Source: Fidelibacterota bacterium (GTDB taxonomy: Bacteria > Fidelibacterota > Marinisomatia > Marinisomatales > TCS55). Taken from it: a stretch of 64,000 bases of DNA. Under the pieces are notes generated by a model. That model did no database searches. It worked only from the letters and a program-made list of their open reading frames with translations, and was not told the DNA's origin. The DNA is taken from positions 3,268 through 67,267 of the forward strand of contig JACNKN010000055.1 in the NCBI GenBank assembly GCA_014382015.1. The letters are read 5' to 3'. Both the position numbers and the translations under genes were made by a program. Positions 19,168-30,130 of the stretch are shown here, piece after piece. Positions within the stretch are counted from its first letter, which is position 1; each line of letters starts with the position of its first letter.

Positions 19168-20865
19168 ATGACATTTTACCGACAAATCGCCGTCATTGTC
19201 CTCTTTTTCTTAATTTTGTTTCTATTTATCTTTCCGACGCAGGATGGTTTGGTTTTTTTAATCCTAAAGGGTGCTGCCATGGGTGGGCTTGTGGTTACAC
19301 TTATTTCATACGCATTCCCGCAATATTTTAAACGAGATGATTCTCAGGATGATGAATTTGAACTTCCCCAAGATAATGGTATTGATCCGTCCTTTTCATC
19401 TGCGATTAAATCCCATTACAATCGACTTTTAAGCCAAGTACTCAATTTAGTCAAAATTGTTAATCCGGATTATTCGGCGGCCATATATATGATAGACACT
19501 GAAAATAAAGGATTCAAATGTCAGGAAAACACTTCCACAGATTTTTCAGATTTTATTTTAACAAAAAATGAAATTATTTCTTCTATAGTAAAAACGAGCG
19601 ATCCATTGATTCTCAAGAAAAATAAAAAGAATGAGGGCTGGGAGGATATTCTTGGAACCAAAACTTGGCGCGGGAGTGAAACTTTAATTGGATTCCCCAT
19701 TTTATATTCAGGCAATGTCGTCGGATTTTTACTTGTATATACAGATCACTTTTCATCGATTCAAGATCGGGATCAGGATGTAATTGAAAAACTCAGTCAA
19801 TTTATTACGCATGGGATGGAAGATTTAGAGCAAATGGAATCACTTATGGCTGATAATTATTTCAATTCCAGAATTGCTAATTTATTTGATCAATTAGAAG
19901 TTAAATCGGACGAATCAGAACTATTTCAATCCATTCGAGGGTTATGCCGCGCTTTTTTCCAATATGATAAATTGACGATTGTATTATCTACTGAGGACAA
20001 GAAAAAAGGATTGATTAAGCTGGTAGATGGCCTTCATGATGATATTGATGAAGGGGAGGAATTCCTTTTTCAAAATACACTGCATGGCTTGGCTATTCAG
20101 GATGGTAAAAACATATGTTCAAATGCGTGGTATGAGGAATACCCGGAAATGAATCGATTTAAACCGGGTGATAATCGTGATTTTAATTTTATGTCCGTTT
20201 TAAGCATTCCACTCAAATCAAACGATGAAGCCATAGGCGCAATAACCCTGGAGCGGTTGAAATCAAGGATTTATTCTGATTCAGATGTACGGCTGCTTCA
20301 ATTATTGTGCGGCACGGTGAGTTCAATTCTCAATTGGCAGCAAGAGTATAAAAAAGTACATCTTACTTCGATTCACGATGGTTTGACCGGGCTACTAAAT
20401 CATAAGGCATTTTTAGACAGGTTCGAAGAGGAAATAAGTCGAGCCGGGCGATTTAACCAAATGTTAGGGTTGGTCGTCCTGGATTTGGATAAATTTAAAT
20501 TGGTCAATGATAATTACGGTCATTTATATGGAGATTATGTCCTTCGGGAAGTGGCTCAGGTCATTTCTGAGAATGTGCGTGCAATTGATGTTGTGGGACG
20601 ATATGGCGGTGAAGAATTTGCAGTTTTACTCGTCAATACGGATATTAAACAATGTTTACCTCTCGCCCAAAGAATTGTACAGTCCATTGCTGAGAAAACG
20701 TTTTTAGAGGGTGGGATTGCAGTAAACATAACGATTAGTGCCGGAATGGCAGGATTTCCCCACCACGCAGAAAAAGTACGAAGTTTGATTTCTAAAGCGG
20801 ACAAAGCAATGTATGATACAAAATCCAATGGTGGGAATGATGTTACCATTGCTCCGGAATTGTAA
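19168..20865 (+). CDS. membrane-anchored GAF-domain diguanylate cyclase (GGDEF)
   Basis: Two N-terminal TM helices and GAF-like central regions. C-terminal GGDEF domain: DGLTGLLNH, DLDKFKLVND, RYGGEEFAVLL. Confidence 0.85.
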   Translation: MTFYRQIAVIVLFFLILFLFIFPTQDGLVFLILKGAAMGGLVVTLISYAFPQYFKRDDSQDDEFELPQDNGIDPSFSSAIKSHYNRLLSQVLNLVKIVNPDYSAAIYMIDTENKGFKCQENTSTDFSDFILTKNEIISSIVKTSDPLILKKNKKNEGWEDILGTKTWRGSETLIGFPILYSGNVVGFLLVYTDHFSSIQDRDQDVIEKLSQFITHGMEDLEQMESLMADNYFNSRIANLFDQLEVKSDESELFQSIRGLCRAFFQYDKLTIVLSTEDKKKGLIKLVDGLHDDIDEGEEFLFQNTLHGLAIQDGKNICSNAWYEEYPEMNRFKPGDNRDFNFMSVLSIPLKSNDEAIGAITLERLKSRIYSDSDVRLLQLLCGTVSSILNWQQEYKKVHLTSIHDGLTGLLNHKAFLDRFEEEISRAGRFNQMLGLVVLDLDKFKLVNDNYGHLYGDYVLREVAQVISENVRAIDVVGRYGGEEFAVLLVNTDIKQCLPLAQRIVQSIAEKTFLEGGIAVNITISAGMAGFPHHAEKVRSLISKADKAMYDTKSNGGNDVTIAPEL

Positions 20866-20930
20866 AAACCTTCTTCATTTTCGGAACATTTAAGCCTGTT
20901 TAATGTTTAGATTCACGAGAAGAAAACCAC

Positions 20931-22532
20931 ATGAAAATAATTAAGTTAAACCCAATTTTCTTGTTAACCCTGATCCTATTCGGATGTGGGACAACTTCGT
21001 CAAAAACGCCAAGCCCCCAGAATCAGGTAAAACTTGAATCAATAGGTGAGAAGACCCCTAACCCGGAAGGTCTCCGCCATTTTATGGATGGCCAAATGAT
21101 GATGAATCAAGGTGATTTTGCCATGGCTATTTTAGAGTTTCAACAAGCCCTGGAATTGGATCCAGGTGTGGGAGCCATCCATACATCTATTGCGGAATCT
21201 TATTGGAATTTGGGTAAACCAGATATGGCTGAAAAACATCTAAATATTGCAATTGGCTTAGATCCATCCGATGAACAGGCACTCCAGATGTTGGCAGATC
21301 AGTATATTCTTCAGAAAAAATATGAAGCGGCACAACAACCATTCAATCAATTGCATAAATTAAAACCGGATGACGCAAAATATATCATTGCATTGGCAGA
21401 ACTTGAAAAAGTGAAACAAAACATTTCTGGGGCGATCCAACTTTATTTAGAAGCATTTGACTTGGATCCTTCCCGTTTGGAACTGTTGGAAACGGGCGGG
21501 CGGTTGGCACTTCAAAATAAAGATTTTATCCAGGCACAATCCATTTTCAAGAGACTGACTTTTTTAGATCCAGACCAACCTAAATATATGGGGATGTATA
21601 TTGATTTAATTATGAATTCGAAAAATTATAAAGAAGGAATTGATGCATTAAAATCTATGAATGCTGAATATGGAGACTCTCCCGACCGTACTGCCCAAAT
21701 GGGATTGCTAATGTATCGTGCGGGTCAAAAAGAAGAAGCATTGGGTTTACTTGAAACTGCCATCGAAGCTACACCCGAAAATCCCAACTACTATTTTCCA
21801 CTATTTGATTTATATATGGATAATAATAATTATGAAAAAGCCTCGAAAGTGGCGGATAAGCTAGTATCTAATTTTCCAGAAGATTGGCGTGGATATTATA
21901 GCCGCTCATTGGTCTATTTAGAAGATAAAAATCCTGGGAATGTTATTACGCTTCTTGAACCTGTTTCAGATACATTTAATAAAATTTATTCAATTCAGTA
22001 TTTGCTGGGACTGAGCCATAACCAATTGAAACAATTTGAGGATGCTCAAAAATATTTTTCGAAAGCACTCACAATTCGACCAGATTCACCTAATGTACTT
22101 CATTCCATGGCCATCCTATATGATGAAGTGAAAGAATGGGATAAGTCAGATAAAATTTATCTTCGGCTGATAAAGACAGACAGTACCGATGCACAAGCGT
22201 TTAATAATTATGCCTATAGTCTCGTGGAAAGAAATCAAGAATTAAAAAAGGCCCTCACCTTGGCTAAAAAAGCAATAGCCTTAGAGCCTGAGAATGCATC
22301 TTATCTGGATACGATTGGATGGATATATTTCAAATTAGATAATCATGAAAAAGCACAAGCATATATTGAATTATCAGTAAAGATTAATGGGGAGAATGCA
22401 ATCGTTCTTGAACATCTTGGAGATGTACTCATGAAAATTCAAAAAACAGATGATGCAATGGATTATTATAAACGTGCGCTTAGTTTGGATAAAAATAATG
22501 TTCGATTAATCAATAAGGCTTCTCCTGAATAA
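20931..22532 (+). CDS. TPR-repeat lipoprotein
   Basis: Lipobox LILFGC followed by many 34-residue TPR-like repeats (A..YF.KAL...P). Confidence 0.75.
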   Translation: MKIIKLNPIFLLTLILFGCGTTSSKTPSPQNQVKLESIGEKTPNPEGLRHFMDGQMMMNQGDFAMAILEFQQALELDPGVGAIHTSIAESYWNLGKPDMAEKHLNIAIGLDPSDEQALQMLADQYILQKKYEAAQQPFNQLHKLKPDDAKYIIALAELEKVKQNISGAIQLYLEAFDLDPSRLELLETGGRLALQNKDFIQAQSIFKRLTFLDPDQPKYMGMYIDLIMNSKNYKEGIDALKSMNAEYGDSPDRTAQMGLLMYRAGQKEEALGLLETAIEATPENPNYYFPLFDLYMDNNNYEKASKVADKLVSNFPEDWRGYYSRSLVYLEDKNPGNVITLLEPVSDTFNKIYSIQYLLGLSHNQLKQFEDAQKYFSKALTIRPDSPNVLHSMAILYDEVKEWDKSDKIYLRLIKTDSTDAQAFNNYAYSLVERNQELKKALTLAKKAIALEPENASYLDTIGWIYFKLDNHEKAQAYIELSVKINGENAIVLEHLGDVLMKIQKTDDAMDYYKRALSLDKNNVRLINKASPE

Positions 22533-22545
22533 ATTCCATTTCATT

Positions 22546-23154
22546 TTGTTTACACTTATCATTGGATGCGCACAAGCACCCATTATGGAACCCGGTGAAT
22601 CCATTGACCAAGGGATAGTTTTCCCAAAATTAGGTGACAAGAATTTTTGTCGGGGGAAAGGATATATTCTTTCTGAAGGTGATATTCAGGGACGGTTGAA
22701 TTTTACGTTTACAGCATCCCGGGATACAGCTTACATTCAATTTAAAGATTTAATTGGTCGGAAAACATTATTTCTCATTTTAGGGGATGAAACAATTGAT
22801 GCATGGGATATGCTTCACAATCGAAGATACGATCAAGCGTCTATTCTCATTTCATTACCATTTTTTGAAATGATTCGACCCAATGATATGCGAACGTTTC
22901 TCTGGGGAGAAATTCCATCCATGTTTTCCGATCCAGAAAGAATAAAAAATCAATCAGAACAAATTTTGGGGGGAATTCAATTTAGATCTAATCAGACGGA
23001 ATATGGCCCTTTGGTTGAGCATGTCACCTTTAATATGAAGGATGAAAATCAAAAAATTGAATTAATTATGATGGATCGGGAATATGATGTACAATATCCT
23101 CATCTTATTCGAAAAATTCCCAATTCTATCCCCACAATAAAGGTAAATTCATGA
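22546..23154 (+). CDS. putative lipoprotein, function unknown (possibly LolB/DUF4292-like)
   Basis: TTG start. Lipobox LIIGC. Beta-rich, about 200 aa, directly after the TPR lipoprotein. The family assignment is a guess from size and context only. Confidence 0.4.
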   Translation: MFTLIIGCAQAPIMEPGESIDQGIVFPKLGDKNFCRGKGYILSEGDIQGRLNFTFTASRDTAYIQFKDLIGRKTLFLILGDETIDAWDMLHNRRYDQASILISLPFFEMIRPNDMRTFLWGEIPSMFSDPERIKNQSEQILGGIQFRSNQTEYGPLVEHVTFNMKDENQKIELIMMDREYDVQYPHLIRKIPNSIPTIKVNS

Positions 23155-24077
23155 AAATTTCAGTTGTAATTCCTGTATACAATGAAGTGGATTCCTTGAG
23201 GGAACTTCACCATCAATTGACTGAATCATTATCAATATTCGAATCATATGAAATCCTTTTTATAGATGATGGTTCTACGGATGGTTCTGTGAATCTTGTG
23301 ACGGAAATGGGTGAAACAGACAGGCATATAAACTTCATACAGTTTCACCGTAATTATGGCAAATCTGCAGCATTGGCAGAAGGATTTAAATATGCGGAAG
23401 GAGATTATATTGTTACCATGGATGGGGATTTGCAGGATGACCCTGCAGAAATTCCCAATTTAGTCAGCAAACTTGAGGAAGGATACGATCTTGTGTCTGG
23501 ATGGAAAAAAGACCGTAAAGACCCAATCTCAAAAACATTGCCGTCTAAATTATTTAATTTTGTGACGCGATTATTTACAGGTGTTAAAATTCATGATTTT
23601 AATTGTGGTTTAAAGATATATCGAAAAGCTGTGGTTAAAACGATAGATATTTATGGAGGAAGGCACCGTTATATTCCTGCCCTTGCTGGACAGAAAAAAT
23701 TTAAGGTAACTGAAATTGTTGTCCATCATCGACCGAGGATACACGGTGAAACAAAATACGGCGGTGCACGGTTATTTCATGGTTTTTTTGATTTACTTAC
23801 TATTTTATTTTTATCAAAATACATTCAAAGTCCCATATACTTTTTTGGTCAAATTGGGCTTTTTACATTTTTATTTGGTTTCGCAATCGAGTGTTACGTT
23901 TTATATTTAAAATATTTTGTAGGAGAACCCTTCGCGAAACATATAGCTTTACTCATGCTGGGTGTGTTAATCATTGTTGTTGGGATTCAATTCTTTTCTA
24001 TTGGATTGGTTGGCGAAATGATCGCCAATTCAAATCAGGATAAGGAATCCCGGGTCAAGGGATTTTTAAAATCCTAA
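23151..24077 (+). CDS. GT2 polyprenyl-phosphate glycosyltransferase (ArnC/GtrB/CsbB/DPM1-like)
   Basis: VVIPVYNE, IDDGSTDGS, DGDLQDDP (DXD). Two C-terminal TM helices, typical of this GT2 subgroup. Confidence 0.8.
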   Translation: MKISVVIPVYNEVDSLRELHHQLTESLSIFESYEILFIDDGSTDGSVNLVTEMGETDRHINFIQFHRNYGKSAALAEGFKYAEGDYIVTMDGDLQDDPAEIPNLVSKLEEGYDLVSGWKKDRKDPISKTLPSKLFNFVTRLFTGVKIHDFNCGLKIYRKAVVKTIDIYGGRHRYIPALAGQKKFKVTEIVVHHRPRIHGETKYGGARLFHGFFDLLTILFLSKYIQSPIYFFGQIGLFTFLFGFAIECYVLYLKYFVGEPFAKHIALLMLGVLIIVVGIQFFSIGLVGEMIANSNQDKESRVKGFLKS

Positions 24078-24095
24078 CCGGTTAATCTCTCTACT

Positions 24096-25205
24096 ATGCG
24101 AATTGTACTTGTTGGGCCATTTCCACCCTTACGGGGAGGAATATCCATGTTTAATCATTCTTTAGCAGAAACGCTATCCAAAAATCATGAAGTTCATCGC
24201 GTTTCATTTTCCTTACAATATCCCAAGGGATTATTCCCGGGTAAAACACAATTTTTTGAGTTCCAAGGTGAACAGGCAAAAACCATCATCAATTCGATTA
24301 ACCCGTTTTCATGGAAGAAGTCTGTAAAGTATATAAACAGACTTAAACCAGAGACAGTCATTTTTCAATATTGGATGCCATTTTTTGCTCCGGCGTTTGC
24401 CTCTATTGCTAAAGGGGTCAAAAAAGGATGTGGTGCGAAACTCATCGTAAACTGTAATAATATCACTCCTCATGAATCCAGACCCTTAGATTCCGCAATG
24501 ACTGCAAGGTTTTTTAGTCTTTGTGATGGGTTTATTGTTATGTCCAATACGGTTGAAGAAGATTTATTGAAAATTGAGCCCAACACAAAATACCGGAAAA
24601 CACCTCATCCGATTTATGATATTTTCGGTGAACCCATAGAAAAGCAAAAAGCGAAAGAATTAATCGGTGTTTCTGAAGAAAAAATTATTCTCAATTTCGG
24701 GTTAATTCGAGATTATAAAGGGTTGGATATTTTAATTACCTCAGCAAAATCATTCAAAGAAAAGATTGATAATTTTAAGATCCTGGTGGTGGGTGAATGC
24801 TATGGTGACGAAAATAAATATATTCAACTGGCAGAAGAAAATGATGTTTTTGATGTGATTGATTTTCGATTTAATTTTGTGCAAAATGAAAAGGTGAATC
24901 AATATTTTTGTGCTTCCGATTTGGTTGTGTTACCTTATAAATCAGCGACCCAAAGTGGTGTTGTCCCAATTGCATACCATTTTAATAAACCTGTAGTCGT
25001 GTCCAATGTGGGTGGACTTCCAGAAATTGTGGAGGATGGTAAATCCGGATTTATCTGTGAACCAAATTCAGATAGTATTTCTAAGGGTGTTTTAAAATAT
25101 TTCGAATCAGATAGGGAAGAGTTTCCTCCATTTATTGAGGAATACAAAAAACAATTTTCCTGGGATAATTTTGCAGAAGTAGTTTTGGAGTTAGCGGAAT
25201 CATAA
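24096..25205 (+). CDS. GT4-family glycosyltransferase
   Basis: GT-B C-terminal motif VLPYKSATQSGV...GGLPEIVEDGKSGFIC (EX7E-like). Confidence 0.75.
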   Translation: MRIVLVGPFPPLRGGISMFNHSLAETLSKNHEVHRVSFSLQYPKGLFPGKTQFFEFQGEQAKTIINSINPFSWKKSVKYINRLKPETVIFQYWMPFFAPAFASIAKGVKKGCGAKLIVNCNNITPHESRPLDSAMTARFFSLCDGFIVMSNTVEEDLLKIEPNTKYRKTPHPIYDIFGEPIEKQKAKELIGVSEEKIILNFGLIRDYKGLDILITSAKSFKEKIDNFKILVVGECYGDENKYIQLAEENDVFDVIDFRFNFVQNEKVNQYFCASDLVVLPYKSATQSGVVPIAYHFNKPVVVSNVGGLPEIVEDGKSGFICEPNSDSISKGVLKYFESDREEFPPFIEEYKKQFSWDNFAEVVLELAES

Positions 25206-26047
25206 TGCCTAAATCAGTAAATATATTTGTCCTCAATTGGAATGGAAGGGATTTGACTCTAGATTGTTTGGCGTCCCTTGCAAAAGTCACGTACCCCAAG
25301 GCAAAAGTGACTGTAATCGATAATGGTTCAACAGATGATTCTGTAATAAAGATAAAAGAACATTATCCAGAAATAGATATAATTGAGTTGTCCGAAAATA
25401 TCGGGTTTGCCAGTGGTAATAACGCCGGGTTTCAATCTGTCACAAACAAGTCTGATTATGCCATCTTCCTGAATAATGACACGATAGTTGACACACATTT
25501 TGTGGAACCACTCATTGCTGAATTAGAATCCAAACCAAACACAAAACAAACAGCGCCCAAAATATATTATGCGGATAAACCGGAAACTATTTGGTTTGCT
25601 GGTGGGAAGGTTAATTTATGGACGGGGTTGATTCGTCATCTTGGTATCCGGAAAAAGGATTCAGCATTTTATTCAAAAAAGCGAACAATTGATTATGCAA
25701 CTGGATGTTGCGTTTGTATGCGAACTGAAGATTTTGAATCCATTGGGTTATTTGATGAATCCTTTCCTATGTATTCTGAGGATGTAGATTTATCTTTGAG
25801 GTTTAATCAAAAGGGTGGAAACATTGTTTTTATTCCCGAATCGAAAGTATGGCATAAAGTATCGGCTTCTATGGGAGGGCAGTTTTCCATAGAAAAATGG
25901 AAAAGAAAACAAAATGCTAAATTTAGATTATTGGCAAAATATGTAAATCCCATTCAAGGCATAATAGCTTTTCCCATCGCTATGATAATAGGAATTATAG
26001 AATTAAAATTATTAATCTTCAAAATTGTGAGTAGGAAGAAAAAATGA
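25205..26047 (+). CDS. GT2-family glycosyltransferase (rhamnosyltransferase-like)
   Basis: VLNWNG, VIDNGSTDDS, FLNNDT, SEDVDL motifs. Confidence 0.75.
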   Translation: MPKSVNIFVLNWNGRDLTLDCLASLAKVTYPKAKVTVIDNGSTDDSVIKIKEHYPEIDIIELSENIGFASGNNAGFQSVTNKSDYAIFLNNDTIVDTHFVEPLIAELESKPNTKQTAPKIYYADKPETIWFAGGKVNLWTGLIRHLGIRKKDSAFYSKKRTIDYATGCCVCMRTEDFESIGLFDESFPMYSEDVDLSLRFNQKGGNIVFIPESKVWHKVSASMGGQFSIEKWKRKQNAKFRLLAKYVNPIQGIIAFPIAMIIGIIELKLLIFKIVSRKKK

Positions 26048-26766
26048 AGGGATATTCAGAGAATTATTGGGCAAAAAGAGCCGGTCAATACAATAAAACC
26101 AATTGGGTTAAAAATGAGGATTTTATCGATTCATTTCTAAATATGCTTCCAAGAAATAATTTTGAAACAATTCTTGAAGTTGGCATTGGAACAGGGGCGG
26201 TGGCAAACAAAGTATCTGAAAGAATTGGTCCTTTAACCGGTATAGATATAAGTAAAGAAATGATTGCGAAAATTAAACATCCGGATATTACACCGATTGT
26301 GGCGAATGCTCATGATTTACCATTTGAGGATGCTTCTTTTGAATTAATTTATATGCGAAATGTCATTCATTATATTGATGATCCCGTATTGGCATTTTCA
26401 GAAATTTATCGATGTTTAAAACCAAATGGGTGTTTTTTATTTTCTCAAGTTGTACCTCCAGAGGATTCAATTTCTGAAGAATATGATTGGTTAATTGGTC
26501 GAAATATTCACTATCCTACCCAAGGAGAGATTGTCCAATTATTTTCTAAATATTTAAGCGTTGACTCAGGCCATTTTATTCTTAAAAATCAAAGTATAAT
26601 GAATTGGCTGAATAATACATGTAGGGATGAATCTCAAAAACAAGAAGCGATTGATAGACATAAGAATACATCTGATTCTTATCAAAAATTGGCAAATTTT
26701 ATTGAAAATGATAATGATATACTCGTGGATATTAAACACTTTATGGTTTTTGGTCAAAAAATATAG
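26044..26766 (+). CDS. class I SAM-dependent methyltransferase
   Basis: Motif I ILEVGIGTGAV. Post-I DIS. LKPNGCFLF. Confidence 0.75.
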   Translation: MKGYSENYWAKRAGQYNKTNWVKNEDFIDSFLNMLPRNNFETILEVGIGTGAVANKVSERIGPLTGIDISKEMIAKIKHPDITPIVANAHDLPFEDASFELIYMRNVIHYIDDPVLAFSEIYRCLKPNGCFLFSQVVPPEDSISEEYDWLIGRNIHYPTQGEIVQLFSKYLSVDSGHFILKNQSIMNWLNNTCRDESQKQEAIDRHKNTSDSYQKLANFIENDNDILVDIKHFMVFGQKI

Positions 26767-26776
26767 GTAGAATAAA

Positions 26777-27466
26777 GTGGCACTTTTAAATCGTTACAAA
26801 GAAATATCTTTATATCGTAAAGATCTTGATATTGTCACCAATATTATTCATTATCCGATTGCAAGTTTTGTATGTGCAGTTATTTCACCATCATTTATAA
26901 CACCGAATATGGTTACTTTACTCGCGATTGTATCAGAGTTAAGTGCCATATGGTTAATCTCGATTAATTTAGTAGAATACAAGATATTAATTGTATTGTT
27001 ACTACAATTGGGGTGGATCTTTGATCTAATGGACGGAATGTTGGCCCGTTTTAAAAAAATTGGATTTTATCATTCGACGAATCCATCTTTAAAAGGGTAT
27101 TATTGGGATGCCGTGTCAGACCATATTCTTAGATTGGGTGTATTAACCTCTTTAGGCATTCATTTGGTTCAGCAAGATGAGTATGGATTATACTATGCAT
27201 TTGGGGGAGTGATGATCTATGCAATGACGCAAGTTGAGCATATTATCAGAGATTATATTTTAAAAGGGGTTGAGGTTCATCAATCGTCGAAGGGCAAGGG
27301 CACAAAGAAACTTGATGTAATAATCAAACTGTTTAATAATATATATTTATTCTATTTTATTTTCATATTATCAAATAGAATAGATTTATTATTTATTGTT
27401 TTACCCACGATTCAAGCTTTCTTACTAATCAAGAGAGTCTTTCAATTTTCAAGTTCAGATTACTAA
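26777..27466 (+). CDS. CDP-alcohol phosphatidyltransferase family membrane protein
   Basis: GTG start. Multi-TM. Signature-like DLMDGMLAR...G..WDAVSD (D-x2-DG-x2-AR...G-x3-D-x3-D pattern). Confidence 0.6.
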   Translation: MALLNRYKEISLYRKDLDIVTNIIHYPIASFVCAVISPSFITPNMVTLLAIVSELSAIWLISINLVEYKILIVLLLQLGWIFDLMDGMLARFKKIGFYHSTNPSLKGYYWDAVSDHILRLGVLTSLGIHLVQQDEYGLYYAFGGVMIYAMTQVEHIIRDYILKGVEVHQSSKGKGTKKLDVIIKLFNNIYLFYFIFILSNRIDLLFIVLPTIQAFLLIKRVFQFSSSDY

Positions 27467-27481
27467 ATATATGGCACTCAA

Positions 27482-28288
27482 TTGGCAGTAAAATGGTATT
27501 TAAAAAAAGATGATGCCAGTTGGCATTCTTTCTGGAATGATATTTCAATTGACGATGAAATAACAGAGGCGAAAAATGATTATCCTTTAATGCTCAATGC
27601 AATTATAGGTAATACAAATGCAAACAGCGTTGTATTGGAGGGTGGCTGTGGATTGGGGAAGTTCCTATTTTTTCTTCGTGAAAAAAAATATACAAATTTA
27701 ATTGGTGTAGATTTTAACGAAAAGCCATTAGACATTATAAAAAAACGAGACCCGATTATTGATGTTAGAGTGGGTGACGTTAATAAACTACCCTTAGAGG
27801 ATAATTCAGTTGATTTATATTTATCGATGGGGGTGATAGAACATTTTGAAGATGGGCCACAAAACGCCCTAAATGAAGCATATAGAGTTGTAAAAATCAA
27901 TGGGACACTCATTGTGGCCGTACCCTATCAGAATGTGTATAGAGGGACTTTTCGAAAATGGGTTACTATGCCAATATTGAAATTACTTAACCCATCCTTT
28001 CGAAATAGTCATCGGGTTTTCTATCAGTATTATTATAGTAAAAAAGATTTAAAGAAATTTATACTTAATTCAGGATTTGAAATTTTAGATTGGTTTTATT
28101 ATGATCAATATCATACAAAAAATCAACGAATCGGGATTTGTCTCGAATTTCCTTTTACTAAAAATAAAAACAATCCGCCCTATGGGCTCAATATTATTGG
28201 AAAAATATTATCATTTTTATCAGAATTGATTTCAAAAGCAATATTCTCATCCAGTATCGCTTATGTAGTTAAGAAGCCTAATTCATGA
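27482..28288 (+). CDS. class I SAM-dependent methyltransferase
   Basis: TTG start. VLEGGCGLGKF (motif I), GVDF, DLYLSMGVIEHF, VKINGTLIV. Confidence 0.75.
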   Translation: MAVKWYLKKDDASWHSFWNDISIDDEITEAKNDYPLMLNAIIGNTNANSVVLEGGCGLGKFLFFLREKKYTNLIGVDFNEKPLDIIKKRDPIIDVRVGDVNKLPLEDNSVDLYLSMGVIEHFEDGPQNALNEAYRVVKINGTLIVAVPYQNVYRGTFRKWVTMPILKLLNPSFRNSHRVFYQYYYSKKDLKKFILNSGFEILDWFYYDQYHTKNQRIGICLEFPFTKNKNNPPYGLNIIGKILSFLSELISKAIFSSSIAYVVKKPNS

Positions 28289-29499
28289 AAATATTATTTA
28301 TTACACCTTACCTACCCTCTGAAACCAGTGGTCATGCCGGTGCTCAGTTGATTTTCCGTAATATTAAGATGTTGGCTTCTCAGCATACCATCATTTTGTC
28401 AACTTTTGTAAATTCCGTAGATATGGCTGAAATACACGATTTAGAGAAATTAGGTGTCACCGTTATCCCGGTTTTATATGAGAGAAATAGAAGAGGGTTG
28501 GGTGGAATAATAAAGGGGATCATCCAAAACTTTTTTCCACTTATAAAATCTATCCTCGGATTGGATATATTTTTTATTGCTAAATATAATAGACGAAAAA
28601 TGAAACAGGCGGTTATTAAATCCTGTGCAAATTTTAAACCCGACCTTATCCAGATTGAGTATAATGTGATGCACCATTTTGCAGGTTTTTTGCCAAACAT
28701 TCCTAAAGTTTTATCTCAACATGATATTTCTACAAAAGTATATTTTCGCGGTTCTTTAAATGCCGGAACAGGGAGGAGCCGTCGAAGAAATGCGCGGCTG
28801 TTTAAAATTGCAAAAAGATTAGAATTCGGCTGGATGAAAAAATTTGATAAAATTATTACTGTAACTGAAGAGGATAAACAATTCTGTATATCCAATTGGC
28901 AAAATCTCCCTGCGATTGAGGTAATCCCTCCCCAAGTACATGTTAATGACTTTAAGGTAGAGAAAAATAGGAATGAAATTTGTTTTATCGGCTCCTTCAA
29001 TCGGGAACCAAATTTGCAAGCACTGGAAATTCTATTAGATGAAATTATTCCCCGAGTTAAAAACAATAATCCTGAAATTCTTTTGAAAATTGCCGGAAAA
29101 TATTTACCGGAAAAATTGATTAATAAAGTGGATACAACAGATGGTGCCAATTATTTTGGGTTTGTACAGGATATAGATACCTTTGTTGCGTCATCAACCT
29201 TGTTTGTTGCTCCCATTTTTATCGGAGCCGGTTTGAAAATGAAATTAACGCATTCATTGGCCTGCGGCACACCTGTTTTAACTACGCCTATAGGAGCTGA
29301 AGGAATCAATATTGGTCCCGAAAATGGTCTGTGGATTGAGAAAACCCCGGATGCCCTTTCAGAAAAATGTTTTGAGTTAGTGAAAAATGAAGTGGAGCTT
29401 GAACAGACCGGGATTAGGGGAAAAAAGGAGGTGAACCGCTTCTTTTCGCCGCAGAGTGTAAATGAAAAATTGAATACGCTTTACGGAACATTGATCTAA
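28285..29499 (+). CDS. GT4-family glycosyltransferase
   Basis: GT-B C-terminal half: FVAPIFIGAGLKMKLTHSLACGTPVLTTPIGAEGI. ATGA overlap with the upstream gene. Confidence 0.7.
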   Translation: MKILFITPYLPSETSGHAGAQLIFRNIKMLASQHTIILSTFVNSVDMAEIHDLEKLGVTVIPVLYERNRRGLGGIIKGIIQNFFPLIKSILGLDIFFIAKYNRRKMKQAVIKSCANFKPDLIQIEYNVMHHFAGFLPNIPKVLSQHDISTKVYFRGSLNAGTGRSRRRNARLFKIAKRLEFGWMKKFDKIITVTEEDKQFCISNWQNLPAIEVIPPQVHVNDFKVEKNRNEICFIGSFNREPNLQALEILLDEIIPRVKNNNPEILLKIAGKYLPEKLINKVDTTDGANYFGFVQDIDTFVASSTLFVAPIFIGAGLKMKLTHSLACGTPVLTTPIGAEGINIGPENGLWIEKTPDALSEKCFELVKNEVELEQTGIRGKKEVNRFFSPQSVNEKLNTLYGTLI

Positions 29500-29578
29500 T
29501 GATTATATTATCTCCTGATAAGTTCAGACATTCTCAAATATCAACTTGAAATTGTGATGAATATTAAGAATCTGATAA

Positions 29579-30130
29579 ATGATAAACCCTTATAGAAAAA
29601 AAATAAATTCCGAATATTCTGAATTGGATACCAATAAGATTCGATGGTCAAAAACGCTTGAGTTTATAGGAATATGTGATAAAACAAAATCGGGGTTAGA
29701 TATTGGAGACAGAACGTCTTTTACAATTGAATTGGAAAATGTATTTGGGTGCACATTTAAAAATACAAACATTGATTTGGATACTGGAAAAATTAAAGGT
29801 AAATATGATGTCATTACGGCATTTGAAATAATTGAACATTTATATAATCCACTCTGGTGCTTGGAACAAATACGGCAGGGATTATCAGAAAACGGTCGTT
29901 TATATTTATCCACTCCGTTAGGTAAACCTTATTTTTTATGGGCCCCGGGTCATTTTCACGAAATGCACCAGGAGAGACTGCATTCTCTTTTTAAACGTGC
30001 TCAATTTCGTATTATCAGGCAAAATATATTTCGCATACACCCAACTTACTTTTATTTCACGGGTTTTCGACCTTTTATAAGAGGAATATTTGAGAAAGTC
30101 CAAATCTATGAATTGGGTATTTTAAAATGA
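29579..30130 (+). CDS. probable SAM-dependent methyltransferase (degenerate motif I)
   Basis: GLDIGDRTSF, DVITAFEIIEHL and LSENGRLYLSTP resemble Methyltransf_23-type proteins, but motif I is atypical. Confidence 0.45.
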   Translation: MINPYRKKINSEYSELDTNKIRWSKTLEFIGICDKTKSGLDIGDRTSFTIELENVFGCTFKNTNIDLDTGKIKGKYDVITAFEIIEHLYNPLWCLEQIRQGLSENGRLYLSTPLGKPYFLWAPGHFHEMHQERLHSLFKRAQFRIIRQNIFRIHPTYFYFTGFRPFIRGIFEKVQIYELGILK

